A stretch of 64,000 bases of DNA from an uncultured Verrucomicrobiae bacterium (GTDB taxonomy: Bacteria > Verrucomicrobiota > Verrucomicrobiia > Chthoniobacterales > UBA10450). Position numbers and translations under genes: made by a program. The stretch spans positions 881,355 to 945,354 of the forward strand of contig CAWDGJ010000003.1 of assembly GCA_963801815.1 (NCBI GenBank), in the 5' to 3' direction. Below, in pieces: positions 41,511-51,465 of the stretch (its first letter is position 1; the number at the start of each line of letters is the position of its first letter). The notes beneath the pieces were generated by a model that worked only from the letters and a program-made list of their open reading frames with translations, did not search any database and was not told the DNA's origin.

Positions 41511-43484
41511 CTATCGAGCCACGCGGCTGTGCGCATCCTTTTCCAGCCAATTCCAAATCTTTTCGAGCCGGGCACCGGTTTCGCTTTTGATTTTCTTCAG
41601 TTGTTCGGCAGTGAATTTTTCCTTTTCCGGCCGGCGCTGGGCAAAGATGTAATATTTGATCTTTGGCTCGGTGCCCGAGCCGCGGACCGCGATGCGCGTT
41701 TTGTCCTCCAGCTCGAAAATCGACATCTTCTCTTTAGGGATAACGTCTCCCTCAACATCGCGAATCGTTTGTCTCTCAAAATCAGTAATGTCGCTCACCC
41801 GTGACCCGCCGATCTCCTTCGGTGGATCATTCGCGTAAGATTCGAGCAACCGGGCAATCTTGTTCGCGCCTTCCGCCCCTTCGAAATGGATCGACGCGTT
41901 CTTTTCCTCGAAGTAACCGAGACCGGCGAACGCTTCATCGAGCAATTGATCAACCGTGCGGCCGCGTGACTTGGCATAAGCCGCCATCTCGCAAAACATG
42001 ATTGCAGCGGCGTTGCCATCTTTGTCGCGCACGAAGTCTGCGCCGCTATATCCGTAACTTTCCTCGCTTCCAAAAACGAAGAACGAAGAATATTGCAATC
42101 GCGCAGCTCGGGTTTCTTCCTCGGACATTTGCCGGTATTTCTTGCGGATCTTTTCCGGCAGCGCGTGCTCGTATTTCTCCAGCTTCGCTCCGACATATTT
42201 GAAGCCGGTCAATGTGTCGACACAGCGCACACCGAAGCTTTCGCAAATCACTTTCTGCAAATCCGTGGTCACGAAAGTTTTGATTACAACCGCGTGCGAC
42301 CGGTTTTGGTCGTTAAGAACGCCAAGCTCGAAGAATTTCTTGAGCCGGTAGTAGGAAAGCAGCGCGCCAATTTGATTGCCCGTGATAAGTTTCATTTCGC
42401 CGTTCACGCCGCAAACAGCCACCCCGAGGCGATCGGCGTCCGGGTCGGTCGCGATCACAATGTCGGCCTTCCTCTTCTCGGCGAGGTCGATACCGAGCGT
42501 CAACGCTTCCGCGTTTTCGGGATTCGGCGATTTCACGCTGGAAAACCGTGGATCAGGCTTCTCCTGTTCCGGAACGACTTCAAAATTGAATCCGAGCCGC
42601 TTCAACATCGGTTGGGCTATAATCGCGCCTGTTCCATGTAGCGGAGTAAAGATTACGCGAAGCGATTTGGCGTCACTCAGAACGCTTGGATCGGCAACAA
42701 TCGTTTCCAATCGCTTCATGTAGGCGTCATCGAGTTCGGTACCAAGCGTTGTTACGGTTCCTTGTTGTTCCTTGGCCAACGGCTGGTAACTCTCGCTCGG
42801 AATTGCGTTCACTTTTTCGATGATCCCGCTCGCGTGCGGCTCGATTACTTGTCCTCCGTCGGCGAAATAAACTTTGTAGCCGTTATCGTGCGGTGGATTG
42901 TGGCTCGCGGTAATCACGATTCCCGCCGTCGCGTTCAAATAGCGAACCGCGAACGACAATTCCGGCGTTGAGCGTGGCCCGTCGAAAACGAACGCGTCGC
43001 AACCGTTTTCCGATGCCACTTTTGCGGCCAGCAAGGTAAATTCTTTGGAAAAGAATCGAGTGTCGTGGGCGATGACGAGCTTCGGGCGGCCGGCGATTTT
43101 GCTTTCGCGGTGCCACTTCGACATGTAGGCCACAAGTCCCTGCGTCGCGCGACTTACGTTCGCGAAGTTCATCGCGTTGGTGCCGACGCACGGGAATTGT
43201 GGGCGCTCATCAGGTGAGGCGTTTCCGCGCTCGGCTTTGGTCACGATTTTTCCAATCGTGCGCCCGCGCAGACCGCCCGTACCAAACTCGAGCGTTTTAT
43301 AAAAACGATCGTTCAGCTCGTTCCATTGTCCCGCTGAGGCGAGCTCGTCGATCACGCGCGAATAAAGATCGGAAGGCGCGTTGGCCAGCAACGCGCGAAT
43401 GTTTTTTGCCGCGGCATCGAGTAATTGTTTACTTGTTACCGCGTTATCGATCTTGTCGCGTAAATTATTTTGCACCGGCGGCAA
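41511..43484 (-). CDS. Phosphoglucomutase/phosphomannomutase family
   Basis: FGTGGLRG, TASHNP, DPDADR, EESYG, RGSGTEPKIK. Confidence 0.95.
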   Translation of the reverse strand: MPPVQNNLRDKIDNAVTSKQLLDAAAKNIRALLANAPSDLYSRVIDELASAGQWNELNDRFYKTLEFGTGGLRGRTIGKIVTKAERGNASPDERPQFPCVGTNAMNFANVSRATQGLVAYMSKWHRESKIAGRPKLVIAHDTRFFSKEFTLLAAKVASENGCDAFVFDGPRSTPELSFAVRYLNATAGIVITASHNPPHDNGYKVYFADGGQVIEPHASGIIEKVNAIPSESYQPLAKEQQGTVTTLGTELDDAYMKRLETIVADPSVLSDAKSLRVIFTPLHGTGAIIAQPMLKRLGFNFEVVPEQEKPDPRFSSVKSPNPENAEALTLGIDLAEKRKADIVIATDPDADRLGVAVCGVNGEMKLITGNQIGALLSYYRLKKFFELGVLNDQNRSHAVVIKTFVTTDLQKVICESFGVRCVDTLTGFKYVGAKLEKYEHALPEKIRKKYRQMSEEETRAARLQYSSFFVFGSEESYGYSGADFVRDKDGNAAAIMFCEMAAYAKSRGRTVDQLLDEAFAGLGYFEEKNASIHFEGAEGANKIARLLESYANDPPKEIGGSRVSDITDFERQTIRDVEGDVIPKEKMSIFELEDKTRIAVRGSGTEPKIKYYIFAQRRPEKEKFTAEQLKKIKSETGARLEKIWNWLEKDAHSRVAR

Positions 43485-43700
43485 CTTTCCGGCGCAAGTC
43501 TGCTTTGCAATGCTTATTTGCAGGCGCCGGGAACTGGAATCACGAGCTTGCCGCCTTTTTCCGCGACAAAGACCGAGCTTGTGCTGCTTCCGCTGCCGTT
43601 AGCATCTTTTTGCTCAACCTCAAAACCACAAGGCCAAAGAAAAAGCATTGCTGAGCTTCAATCCGCGAGCTAATTGCACGATCTTCCAGTTTTTCGGCGA

Positions 43701-44912
43701 ATGAACATCCACGAGTATCAGGCGAAGGAGCTGTTGGAAAAATTTGGCGTTGCAACTACGCGCGGGAAGGTTGCGTCCACGCCGGAGGAAGCAGAGCAAA
43801 TCGCGCAAGAGCTCGGCAAAGGTGATCTCGTCGTGAAGGCACAGGTCCACGCCGGCGGACGCGGGAAGGGGACTTTTAAGAACGGGTTCAAAGGCGGCGT
43901 CCACGTCGTGAAATCGGCGAAGGAAGCACGCGAAGCTGCCGAGCAAATGCTCGGCCAAACCTTGGTGACGCATCAAACCGGTCCGGCGGGTCGAGTTGTT
44001 CGAAGAGTTTTGATTGCTGAATCGGCCGAGATCGCGCGCGAGATTTATTTCGCGATCCTGCTCGATCGCGCGACGGCTGCGCCGCTGGTAGTCGCGAGCA
44101 CTGAGGGCGGCGTGGAAATCGAAGCCGTCGCTGCGAAGTCCCCGGAGAAAATCATTCGAGAACCAATCGATCCTCTCGCCGGCCTGCAACCATTCCAAAC
44201 CCGCAAACTGGCCAAGCAGCTCGGATTCGAGCATTCGCAGACTAAAGGCGCGACCAAACTGTTTGATGGACTTTATCGAACTTTTATCGGCTGCGATTGC
44301 TCGATGGTGGAGATCAACCCGCTGGTTGTGACAAAGAAAGACGAAGTGCTCGCTCTCGACGCGAAATTCAACTTCGACGACAACGCGCTTTATCGGCATC
44401 CGGAAATCGCGGCCATGCGCGACACGGCGGAGGAGGACCCCCGCGAAGTCGAAGCGTCGAAGCACGAGCTGAACTACATCGGACTCGACGGGAACATCGC
44501 CTGTCTGGTGAACGGCGCCGGCCTCGCCATGGCGACGATGGATATTATCAAATTTTACGGTGGCAATCCGGCGAACTTTCTCGATGTCGGCGGCAGCGCG
44601 ACCGAAGAACAAGTGACCGAAGCATTCAAGATCCTGATCGCCGACAAGAATGTGAAAGCGATTCTCGTCAACATTTTCGGCGGAATCATGAAAGTCGACG
44701 TCATCGCGAAGGGAATCATCAATGCGGCAAAGACGGTTCACCTCACAGTGCCGCTAGTCGTTAGGCTCGAGGGGACCAACGTTGAGAAAGGCAAACAACT
44801 TCTAAAGGAAAGCGGTGTGGAAGTGATTACTGCTGACGATCTCGCCGATGCGGCACAGAAGGTTGTCGCAGCGACAACAAATCCCAAATCCCAGGCTCCA
44901 AATCCCAAATAA
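43701..44912 (+). CDS. sucC: Succinyl-CoA synthetase beta subunit
   Basis: [43 protein letters not shown]. Confidence 0.98.
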   Translation: MNIHEYQAKELLEKFGVATTRGKVASTPEEAEQIAQELGKGDLVVKAQVHAGGRGKGTFKNGFKGGVHVVKSAKEAREAAEQMLGQTLVTHQTGPAGRVVRRVLIAESAEIAREIYFAILLDRATAAPLVVASTEGGVEIEAVAAKSPEKIIREPIDPLAGLQPFQTRKLAKQLGFEHSQTKGATKLFDGLYRTFIGCDCSMVEINPLVVTKKDEVLALDAKFNFDDNALYRHPEIAAMRDTAEEDPREVEASKHELNYIGLDGNIACLVNGAGLAMATMDIIKFYGGNPANFLDVGGSATEEQVTEAFKILIADKNVKAILVNIFGGIMKVDVIAKGIINAAKTVHLTVPLVVRLEGTNVEKGKQLLKESGVEVITADDLADAAQKVVAATTNPKSQAPNPK

Positions 44913-45401
44913 CTAGCAAATCCCAAAGCCCAAATCCCAAGGAAAATTCAAAACCCAGCTAATAAGAAAAATGGAAAAGCCCCCCAGGCGTGATCTTGAA
45001 GATCGAACATTTCAATTTGCCCAGGCGATCCGGACATTTGTGAAGACATTACCGCGCAGCATCAGTAACACGGAAGACGTTCGCCAGTTAGTTCGCGCGT
45101 CCGGTTCGGTTGCGGCAAACTGGATCGAGGCTGATGAAGCGCTGAGTAAGAAAGATTTTTTAATGCGAATGAAGATTTGCCGCAAAGAAGCGAAAGAGAG
45201 CCGCCTGTTTCTGCGACTAATTGATGCGGGGGCGCTGAACGACACCTTGATACATCGTGACACGCTGGCGATGGAAGCCCGGGAGTTGACGTTAATTTTT
45301 TCTGCGATTCTTTCCAAGGCTCGTCGAACGTGATTTCCCATTTTTTGAGTTTTGTCGGTTTGGATTCCTGCCTGGGATTTGGAGCCTGGGATTTGGGATT
45401 T
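44879..45401 (+). mobile_element. 523-bp element: four-helix-bundle gene bounded by 29-bp perfect terminal inverted repeats
   Basis: AAATCCCAAATCCCAGGCTCCAAATCCCA (44879-44907) is the exact reverse complement of 45373-45401. Confidence 0.8.
44971..45333 (+). CDS. Four helix bundle protein (23S rRNA IVS protein/Avd-like family)
   Basis: DLEDRTFQFA, QLVRASGSVAANWIEA, SKKDF...KICRKEAKES, EARELTLIF. Confidence 0.9.
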   Translation: MEKPPRRDLEDRTFQFAQAIRTFVKTLPRSISNTEDVRQLVRASGSVAANWIEADEALSKKDFLMRMKICRKEAKESRLFLRLIDAGALNDTLIHRDTLAMEARELTLIFSAILSKARRT

Positions 45402-45427
45402 CTTCTTTCCCATTCAAAAAAAGCAAT

Positions 45428-45790
45428 ATGAAGATTAACAACATTGCCTTTGTAGGAATTCCCGTCACCGACATCAAACGTGCTCGGGCCTTTTACGAAG
45501 GCGTGCTTGGTCTCAAAGTTTCAGGCGAGTTCGCAGAAGGTGTCTGGGTCGAATACGAGATCGGCGACGGCACCCTCGCAATCGGAAGCGTGGGTGAACA
45601 ATGGAAACCATCGCCGGACGGAACGAGCGTCGCGCTTGAAGTCGATGATTTCGAGGGCGCGATCAAAGGTTTGAAGGCTGCCAACGTTTCATTTGACACC
45701 GAGAACGTTGAGAGCCCGGTTTGTCGTATGGCTGTTATCCAGGATCCTGACGGAAATAAAATCATCATCCACAAACTAAAACCAAAATGA
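45428..45790 (+). CDS. VOC (glyoxalase/bleomycin resistance) family protein
   Basis: PVTDIKRARAFYEGVLG and DPDGNKI. Confidence 0.9.
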   Translation: MKINNIAFVGIPVTDIKRARAFYEGVLGLKVSGEFAEGVWVEYEIGDGTLAIGSVGEQWKPSPDGTSVALEVDDFEGAIKGLKAANVSFDTENVESPVCRMAVIQDPDGNKIIIHKLKPK

Positions 45791-46146
45791 TCACAAACGA
45801 AGTTGCATTCATCGCCATTGCCGTTTCCGACAAGGAACGCGCGCGAAAGTTTTATCAGGAAACGCTCGAGCTGAAGCCGGCTACAACTGGAATGGACGGC
45901 GCGTGGGTCGAGTATGAATTGGGCCAAACGACAATCGGAGTCGGTTGTCACCCGGCCTGGAAACCTTCGCGCGATGGAACAACCGTCGCCTTTGAAACCC
46001 AGAATATCGATGACGCGATCCAGAAACTGAAATCGCGGGGCGTTTCATTCGACATGGAGAAAACCGAAACGCCGGTTTGCTGGATGGCGCAGTTCCGCGA
46101 TCCGGACGGCAATAAACTCGTCCTCCATCAAAGAAAGAAGAAATGA
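45787..46146 (+). CDS. VOC family protein, tandem paralogue
   Basis: [24 protein letters not shown]; shares WVEYE, WKPS.DGT and E.PVC.MA with the upstream gene. Confidence 0.9.
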   Translation: MITNEVAFIAIAVSDKERARKFYQETLELKPATTGMDGAWVEYELGQTTIGVGCHPAWKPSRDGTTVAFETQNIDDAIQKLKSRGVSFDMEKTETPVCWMAQFRDPDGNKLVLHQRKKK

Positions 46147-46149
46147 ATC

Positions 46150-46228
46150 TGGAAACCAGGAACCCAGGAGGAATGAATTAGGAAAGCAGGGAATTCTTTC
46201 CGCAATCCGCACTCAACGATCCGCAATT
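46150..46228. repeat. Short-period repeat remnants upstream of sucD
   Basis: GGAAACCA GGAACCCA GGA...GGAAAGCAGG and TCCGCAA TCCGCAC...TCCGCAA. Confidence 0.5.
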
Positions 46229-46234
46229 CTTAGT

Positions 46235-47110
46235 ATGTCTGTATTAGTCGATAAGAACACCCGGCTGCTGGTTCAAGGAATCACCGGCAGCGCTGGTGCG
46301 TTTCACACGCGCCAATGCATTGAGTACGGCACAAACGTCGTCGCCGGAGTCACGCCGGGCAAAGGCGGCCAGATGTTCGACGAGAAGGTTCCAGTGTTCG
46401 ATACCGTCTGGGAAGCGAAACAGAAAACGAGTTGCAACGTCTCGATGATTTTTGTGCCGGCAGCGTTCGCGGCCGATTCAATTCTCGAAGGCGTCAACGC
46501 CGATCTCGATCTTGTCGTCTGCATCACCGAAGGAATTCCGGTGATGGACATGATGCGCGTTAAAGCGATGATGCGCGGCAAGCGCACCCGACTCATCGGG
46601 CCGAATTGTCCGGGAATCATCACTCCTGGCGCGTGCAAAATCGGCATCATGCCGGGCTATATTCACAAACCCGGCAACGTCGGCGTGATTTCGCGTTCGG
46701 GAACGTTGACTTACGAAGCAGTCTGGCAACTCACGACTCGCGGCTATGGTCAATCAACCTGCATCGGAATCGGCGGCGATCCGATCAATGGCATGTCGCA
46801 TCTCGATGCGGTCCAACTTTTCGAAGCGGACCCCGATACCGAAGCAATGATTTTGATCGGCGAGATCGGCGGTTCGGCGGAAGAAGAGGCGGCCGACTGG
46901 ATCAAGCACCGCGGAAAGAAGCCGGTCGCGGCGTTCATCGCAGGAATGACCGCACCACCGGGAAGACGAATGGGGCACGCCGGCGCGATTGTCTCTGGCG
47001 GGAAGGGGACCGCCGCCGGAAAAATTGAAGCGCTCAAAGCCGCGGGCATCGCCGTTGCCGAAACGCCCGCGGCAATCGCCGACACGCTGATTGCGCAGCT
47101 CAAGCGCTGA
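46235..47110 (+). CDS. sucD: Succinyl-CoA synthetase alpha subunit
   Basis: [36 protein letters not shown]. Confidence 0.98.
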   Translation: MSVLVDKNTRLLVQGITGSAGAFHTRQCIEYGTNVVAGVTPGKGGQMFDEKVPVFDTVWEAKQKTSCNVSMIFVPAAFAADSILEGVNADLDLVVCITEGIPVMDMMRVKAMMRGKRTRLIGPNCPGIITPGACKIGIMPGYIHKPGNVGVISRSGTLTYEAVWQLTTRGYGQSTCIGIGGDPINGMSHLDAVQLFEADPDTEAMILIGEIGGSAEEEAADWIKHRGKKPVAAFIAGMTAPPGRRMGHAGAIVSGGKGTAAGKIEALKAAGIAVAETPAAIADTLIAQLKR

Positions 47111-47229
47111 ATCGTTCCTGCGTTCTTATCGTGTGTTAGGCGTGAATTTTCATTTTCACGTGCATTTGCAAATTTATCCGTCTAATTCTCGTTAGGTCTA
47201 TGCTGTGAAAACTCGACCGTTCGCAACCA

Positions 47230-47615
47230 TGAAAACAATACGTATCGCAATTGCTACTCTCGTAATCACAACCGCCAGCACATGGGCTGTAGGCGCGATG
47301 GGCGCTTTATTTCGCGGCTGCTGGCAATCAATCGCACTGGAAAAAGCTTTGGTGTCAGAATGCGAGAAAAACAAAGACTCGCCACTATGTTACACGGGGC
47401 GACAAGTCGTCGCCGATGACTTGCAGGCTCTGATAGAGTTTTGTAAATCGCTACCGGAGAGTTCGCAGGCGCAAACTACTCTCAAGCAGGCCCAACACGA
47501 CCTCGACTTAGTAAAGAAAGCAAAAGGTGGTTACAAGTTTGAGCTCTCGCTGCAGGGCGGGCCGCAGTGGAGTTCTGGCGATTCTGCTTTTGATCCTGAC
47601 CACTCTGGTCGCTAG
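47230..47615 (+). CDS. Hypothetical secreted protein, integron cassette ORF
   Basis: Signal-like MKTIRIAIATLVI, four Cys, lower GC; start ATG ~47229 or GTG 47205; followed 13 nt later by attC. Confidence 0.7.
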
Positions 47616-47628
47616 ACTGAAGTGAAAG

Positions 47629-47740
47629 ACCTAACCAGGCGATGCAGCGAACCGCGCCCCGTTCTGTGCCCACGCAAATGGTAGCTACAACCTTCAACTT
47701 GCAGCCACGGGCGCGGTGGCTCATCTTGTTCTCGCTAGAT
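47629..47740 (+). mobile_element. Integron attC site
   Basis: R'' ACCTAAC, L'' ATGCAGCGAACCGCGCCC pairing with L' GGGCGCGGTGGCTCAT via unpaired bases, degenerate R' GCTAGAT. Confidence 0.75.
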
Positions 47741-47757
47741 CTCTCAATCGCCTACTT

Positions 47758-48246
47758 ATGACATCACCACGTAGTTTCGCGTTGTTCGTTATAATCTCAC
47801 TTGTCTCTCTAAGCTGCTCGCAACGTCACTTTGATTCGACGAGTGAAGGAGACAAGTTGCTGCGCCGCGATGCGGAATGGGCCGATCTGGCCGCTGCCGG
47901 CAAAGATGTCGATAAAGTAGTGTCCTACTGGAGCGATGATGCGGTCCTCATCTTTCCGGGACAACCGATCCTAGAAGGCAAGGCAGCGATTCGTGCTTAT
48001 GTGGCGGGTTGCTTTGGAACTCCGGGCTTCAAGATTCATTGGGTTTCGCAGAAGCCGACTTTCTCGCCGGACGGCAAGTTTGCTTATATGCGGGGGAGTG
48101 ACGAGGCGACAGTGCCGGGGCCAAATGGGGGCACCATGACTTTGCACTCTCGCGGCGTGTCGATCTGGCGGCTGGATTCTGATGGTCAGTGGCGTTGTGT
48201 CGTGGATATCTCAAACGAAGAACCATCCGCGACGCCGAAGTCGTGA
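47758..48246 (+). CDS. SnoaL/NTF2-like (DUF4440-type) putative lipoprotein
   Basis: LSC lipobox-like motif; YWSDDAV..PG, GKAAIR, SIWR..DGQWRCVVD; starts 17 nt after attC. Confidence 0.82.
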   Translation: MTSPRSFALFVIISLVSLSCSQRHFDSTSEGDKLLRRDAEWADLAAAGKDVDKVVSYWSDDAVLIFPGQPILEGKAAIRAYVAGCFGTPGFKIHWVSQKPTFSPDGKFAYMRGSDEATVPGPNGGTMTLHSRGVSIWRLDSDGQWRCVVDISNEEPSATPKS

Positions 48247-48248
48247 CA

Positions 48249-49547
48249 CTAATCAGAAGGACCTGACTGTCCGCACGGCAAGTGGGCGGCTTTCCAGTCC
48301 ATTGCCATTTGGATTCGGGCGCGGCCGCTTGGGTGATCGAAGAAAATGAATTCTTCGAGCGGCGTTGGATCGAGTTTGCGATAGGCGCCGAGTTTCAAGG
48401 CGACTTTCGCTTCGGCATCAGGTTCCCGTGAAGTGTTGATGCCGAACTGATCGGCTTCGCGTTCGCACTCTCTGACGATTGAATTCAGGACGGGCGTCAT
48501 CAGAAACGTAAAGGTCACGAAGATGAGCATCAGTAACGGAAGCCCGGCTGGATCCGCGATTCCACGCACTTGCCAGCGTTCTCCCCAACGCCGCGTAGCC
48601 CAGTCGAACACAATCCGGCCAATTCCAAAACCGAACAAGGCGACCACTCCAAAATAAATCGTGAGCTTCGCTCCGTGATTGAGGACGTAATGCCCCATCT
48701 CGTGGGCCATTACCGCGCGAATTTCCGGGAGGGTGCATTGCTTGAGCAAATTGTCGTTCAGCGCAATGCGCGTCGTTCCTAATAATCCCGAGACGTTCGC
48801 GCTGACCCGCGTTGTTTGGCGCGACGCATCGACTTCGAATACTTGCTTTACTGGAATTTGATTGGCCTGGGCCATCGCCAAAATCGGATCGCTAATTCTC
48901 GGATCAGTTAGCGGCTTGTAACTGTTGAACAGTGGTTCCACGTAAATCGGCGCGACGAAATTGCCGATGAACGACAAGACCACGGTAACGAGAGTTCCCC
49001 AAATCCACCAACTCCGCGGCGCGCGCCGAAAGACCGCATACAAGATCGAAAGCGCAATGACGCCGGCGATTAGTCCGACGACCAGGCCGATCAATTGTTC
49101 GACAAACCACGCTCCGAAAGTTTGGGTCGCAAATCCGTACTGATGTTCGCGAAAGAAAAGCTGATAGAACGTCAGCGGAAAACTCAGGATCGCTACAATG
49201 AGCAGATACACAACCGCACAAATCGCGACCTGAAGCGTGTTGGAACCGGTTAAGCGTTCGGTAAAATCACGCAACTGCGCCAAGAATTTGGAGGCGAGCA
49301 AAAAAACAGCGATCGCGGTCGCGACAAGAAAGTTCCAAAGCAGAAGCCAGTAGCCGCCTTCGAAATAGGCGTCCGACTTCGCGCGCTGCTCGGCGGGAAC
49401 CGTGTCGAGCCACGCTTTGGTTGCCTGGACGGGATCGAGGTGGGCCGCTTCTTCGATCTCCGGCGATGGCGATCGCGTCTGTGCGCGAACGGGCGCAGTG
49501 AAGATCAGAACAGACAGAGATAAAATGGAAATTGCGCGGAAGAGCAT
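48249..49547 (-). CDS. M48 (Ste24-like) membrane metallopeptidase
   Basis: AHEMGH, EREADQF, DHPS; TM helices. Confidence 0.93.
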   Translation of the reverse strand: MLFRAISILSLSVLIFTAPVRAQTRSPSPEIEEAAHLDPVQATKAWLDTVPAEQRAKSDAYFEGGYWLLLWNFLVATAIAVFLLASKFLAQLRDFTERLTGSNTLQVAICAVVYLLIVAILSFPLTFYQLFFREHQYGFATQTFGAWFVEQLIGLVVGLIAGVIALSILYAVFRRAPRSWWIWGTLVTVVLSFIGNFVAPIYVEPLFNSYKPLTDPRISDPILAMAQANQIPVKQVFEVDASRQTTRVSANVSGLLGTTRIALNDNLLKQCTLPEIRAVMAHEMGHYVLNHGAKLTIYFGVVALFGFGIGRIVFDWATRRWGERWQVRGIADPAGLPLLMLIFVTFTFLMTPVLNSIVRECEREADQFGINTSREPDAEAKVALKLGAYRKLDPTPLEEFIFFDHPSGRARIQMAMDWKAAHLPCGQSGPSD

Positions 49548-49622
49548 TGCCTATCGATAACAACTGCTCCTTCGGAATAAAAGCTCGTAACTGCGAACCA
49601 GGTTTGGCTGTCTTCTCCAAAT

Positions 49623-49780
49623 TGTCATGTTGAGCAACGCGATCCATGCCGCTCTGCGGCCAGACTACCAGCGGGCACATTGTTGGAGAACTAGCAGGGT
49701 GTGCCTAAACATCGCTGATTATTTCGGCCTTGGACGAAATCTGAAATAGTCACAGATCCTTCGCTTCGCTCAGGATGACA
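49623..49780. repeat. TGTCAT...ATGACA palindromic element between divergent genes
   Basis: TGTCATGTTGAGC...AGATCCTTCGCTTCGCTCAGGATGACA. Confidence 0.7.
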
Positions 49781-49789
49781 TTGTAATAA

Positions 49790-50578
49790 ATGAGAACGAT
49801 AGCTTTTTCAGTTGCGACAGCAATTTTTCTAGCGACGCGCGCGTTTGCGTCCGAGCCTGCGCCGACCAAATGGACAGTCGACGGCGTTGAGCGCGAAGCG
49901 CTGGTGTATCTTCCAACGACACCTTCGAAATCGAAGCCCCCGGTGATTTTTGCGTTCCATGGTCACGGCGGGAATATGCATTTCGCCGCGAGCGGAATGG
50001 CGTTCCAAAACTACTGGCCGGAGGCGATCGTGGTATATCCGCAGGGACTGCCGACGCCCGGAATCGTGCTGGATTTGGAAGGAAAGGAGCCGGGCTGGCA
50101 ACGTGAACGCGGGCAGGAGGGGGATCGTGATTTGAAATTCGTGGACGCGATTCTGGCAACGCTGCGACAAGAATATTCGGTGGACGAAAACCGGATTTAC
50201 GCCACCGGCTTTTCGAATGGCGGATTGTTTACCTATTTGCTGCTTTCCCAGCGACCGAATGTCTTCGCGGCGTTTGCACCGGGAGGCGCGGTGTTGTTGC
50301 CAAATGTTCAACTGTCACAGCCACGGCCGGTTTTTCATTACGGTGGCAAAACCGACCGGCTGGCACGGTTTGAAAAACAAGAGGCGACCATCAACCAGGT
50401 CCGCAAGTTCAACGGCTGCGCCGAGCAAGGTGAATCGTGCGGGGCGGATTGCACCCTGTATCGGTCGACCAAAGCAGCCCCGGTTGAGACGTTCATTCAT
50501 CCCTATGGACATTTTTTCCCGCCGGCGGTCACGCCCTTGCTCGTGAAATTTTTCCAGGAACATCCGCGCGTTTCCTGA
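49790..50578 (+). CDS. Secreted alpha/beta-hydrolase esterase (PHB depolymerase/LpqC-like)
   Basis: Signal peptide; FHGHGG, VYPQG, GFSNGG nucleophile elbow, GH near the C-terminus. Confidence 0.85.
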   Translation: MRTIAFSVATAIFLATRAFASEPAPTKWTVDGVEREALVYLPTTPSKSKPPVIFAFHGHGGNMHFAASGMAFQNYWPEAIVVYPQGLPTPGIVLDLEGKEPGWQRERGQEGDRDLKFVDAILATLRQEYSVDENRIYATGFSNGGLFTYLLLSQRPNVFAAFAPGGAVLLPNVQLSQPRPVFHYGGKTDRLARFEKQEATINQVRKFNGCAEQGESCGADCTLYRSTKAAPVETFIHPYGHFFPPAVTPLLVKFFQEHPRVS

Positions 50579-50627
50579 GTTGATTGGGCTGGACTAGCAA
50601 ATCGCGAGATGAAAAAATCGCGGCCCG

Positions 50628-50981
50628 ATGAAAGGGCTTGCGTTTTGCACTGCGATATTGTTTTTGGTCGGCAGCCTGCTCGGCCAAGAAGCACCCTCAC
50701 CGGCAGACGCCGCCCGCTATGGCCAATACCCAACCGATTACAAGGAAATCATCATGAAGTGGCTCGACACTCAGCTAGTCGATGCCCCGAGCGCTCGAAT
50801 CGAATGGACCAGCGAACCGAAGCCCACCGATTATGAAAAGAATGGGCAACATTTTTATGGTTATCTCGTTACCTTTACCGTCAATGCGCGCAATCGATTT
50901 GGTACCTACACTGGAAAACAACAGCACGGCGCGGTGATCAAAAATGGCGAAGTGATTAAAGGTTTAGGATTAGGTTATTGA
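50628..50981 (+). CDS. Hypothetical secreted protein
   Basis: Signal peptide; LVDAPSA and VNARNRFGTYTG motifs. Confidence 0.72.
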   Translation: MKGLAFCTAILFLVGSLLGQEAPSPADAARYGQYPTDYKEIIMKWLDTQLVDAPSARIEWTSEPKPTDYEKNGQHFYGYLVTFTVNARNRFGTYTGKQQHGAVIKNGEVIKGLGLGY

Positions 50982-50990
50982 TTAAAAACT

Positions 50991-51449
50991 ATGAAACTCA
51001 GCTCTCGATTGAAGCTATCCGGCGAAGGTCTCGTTGTAGTCTTTATTGTGCTAGCCATCGTGGCCGGCATCTGGTGGTACCTTTATTCCACCAGGGCCGC
51101 AACCGAACGCTCAGCGCGCGAGTATGGGCACGACATCATTAATCGACTCGCAGTCAATCACGACATGTCAGTTCTGAACAACGAACTCAATCCGGAGCTG
51201 AGAGTCAAAAACCCGCCATCGGCAAGGGAGTATATCATTCAGCGCTTTACCCAACTCGGCACCCCGCAGCAGCCAATCCAGATCGACGATAATATCACGT
51301 TCGACTCTTACTTCTTCTCGCCGCACGGTTTTTTCACGGCGCATTTGGATTACCCCGGCCAAGGTCTGCTGCTGCAAATCGCGATTTCCCATCCGGTAAC
51401 CAAGTGGCAGATCGACGATATCACCGGGCCGGCGCCGGCGCCGCACTGA
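50991..51449 (+). CDS. Hypothetical membrane-anchored protein
   Basis: Single N-terminal TM helix; 9 nt downstream of the previous gene. Confidence 0.7.
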   Translation: MKLSSRLKLSGEGLVVVFIVLAIVAGIWWYLYSTRAATERSAREYGHDIINRLAVNHDMSVLNNELNPELRVKNPPSAREYIIQRFTQLGTPQQPIQIDDNITFDSYFFSPHGFFTAHLDYPGQGLLLQIAISHPVTKWQIDDITGPAPAPH

Positions 51450-51465
51450 CTCGTCGCGTCCGAGA

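Noticed and set aside
43507..43651. 9-bp inverted repeat GCAATGCTT/AAGCATTGC spanning the divergent mutase-sucC region
   Set aside because: Short and widely spaced, with no recognisable riboswitch or ncRNA; could be chance.
44971..45333. Diversity-generating retroelement (Avd-like gene)
   Set aside because: No reverse transcriptase and no TR/VR repeat pair in the window.
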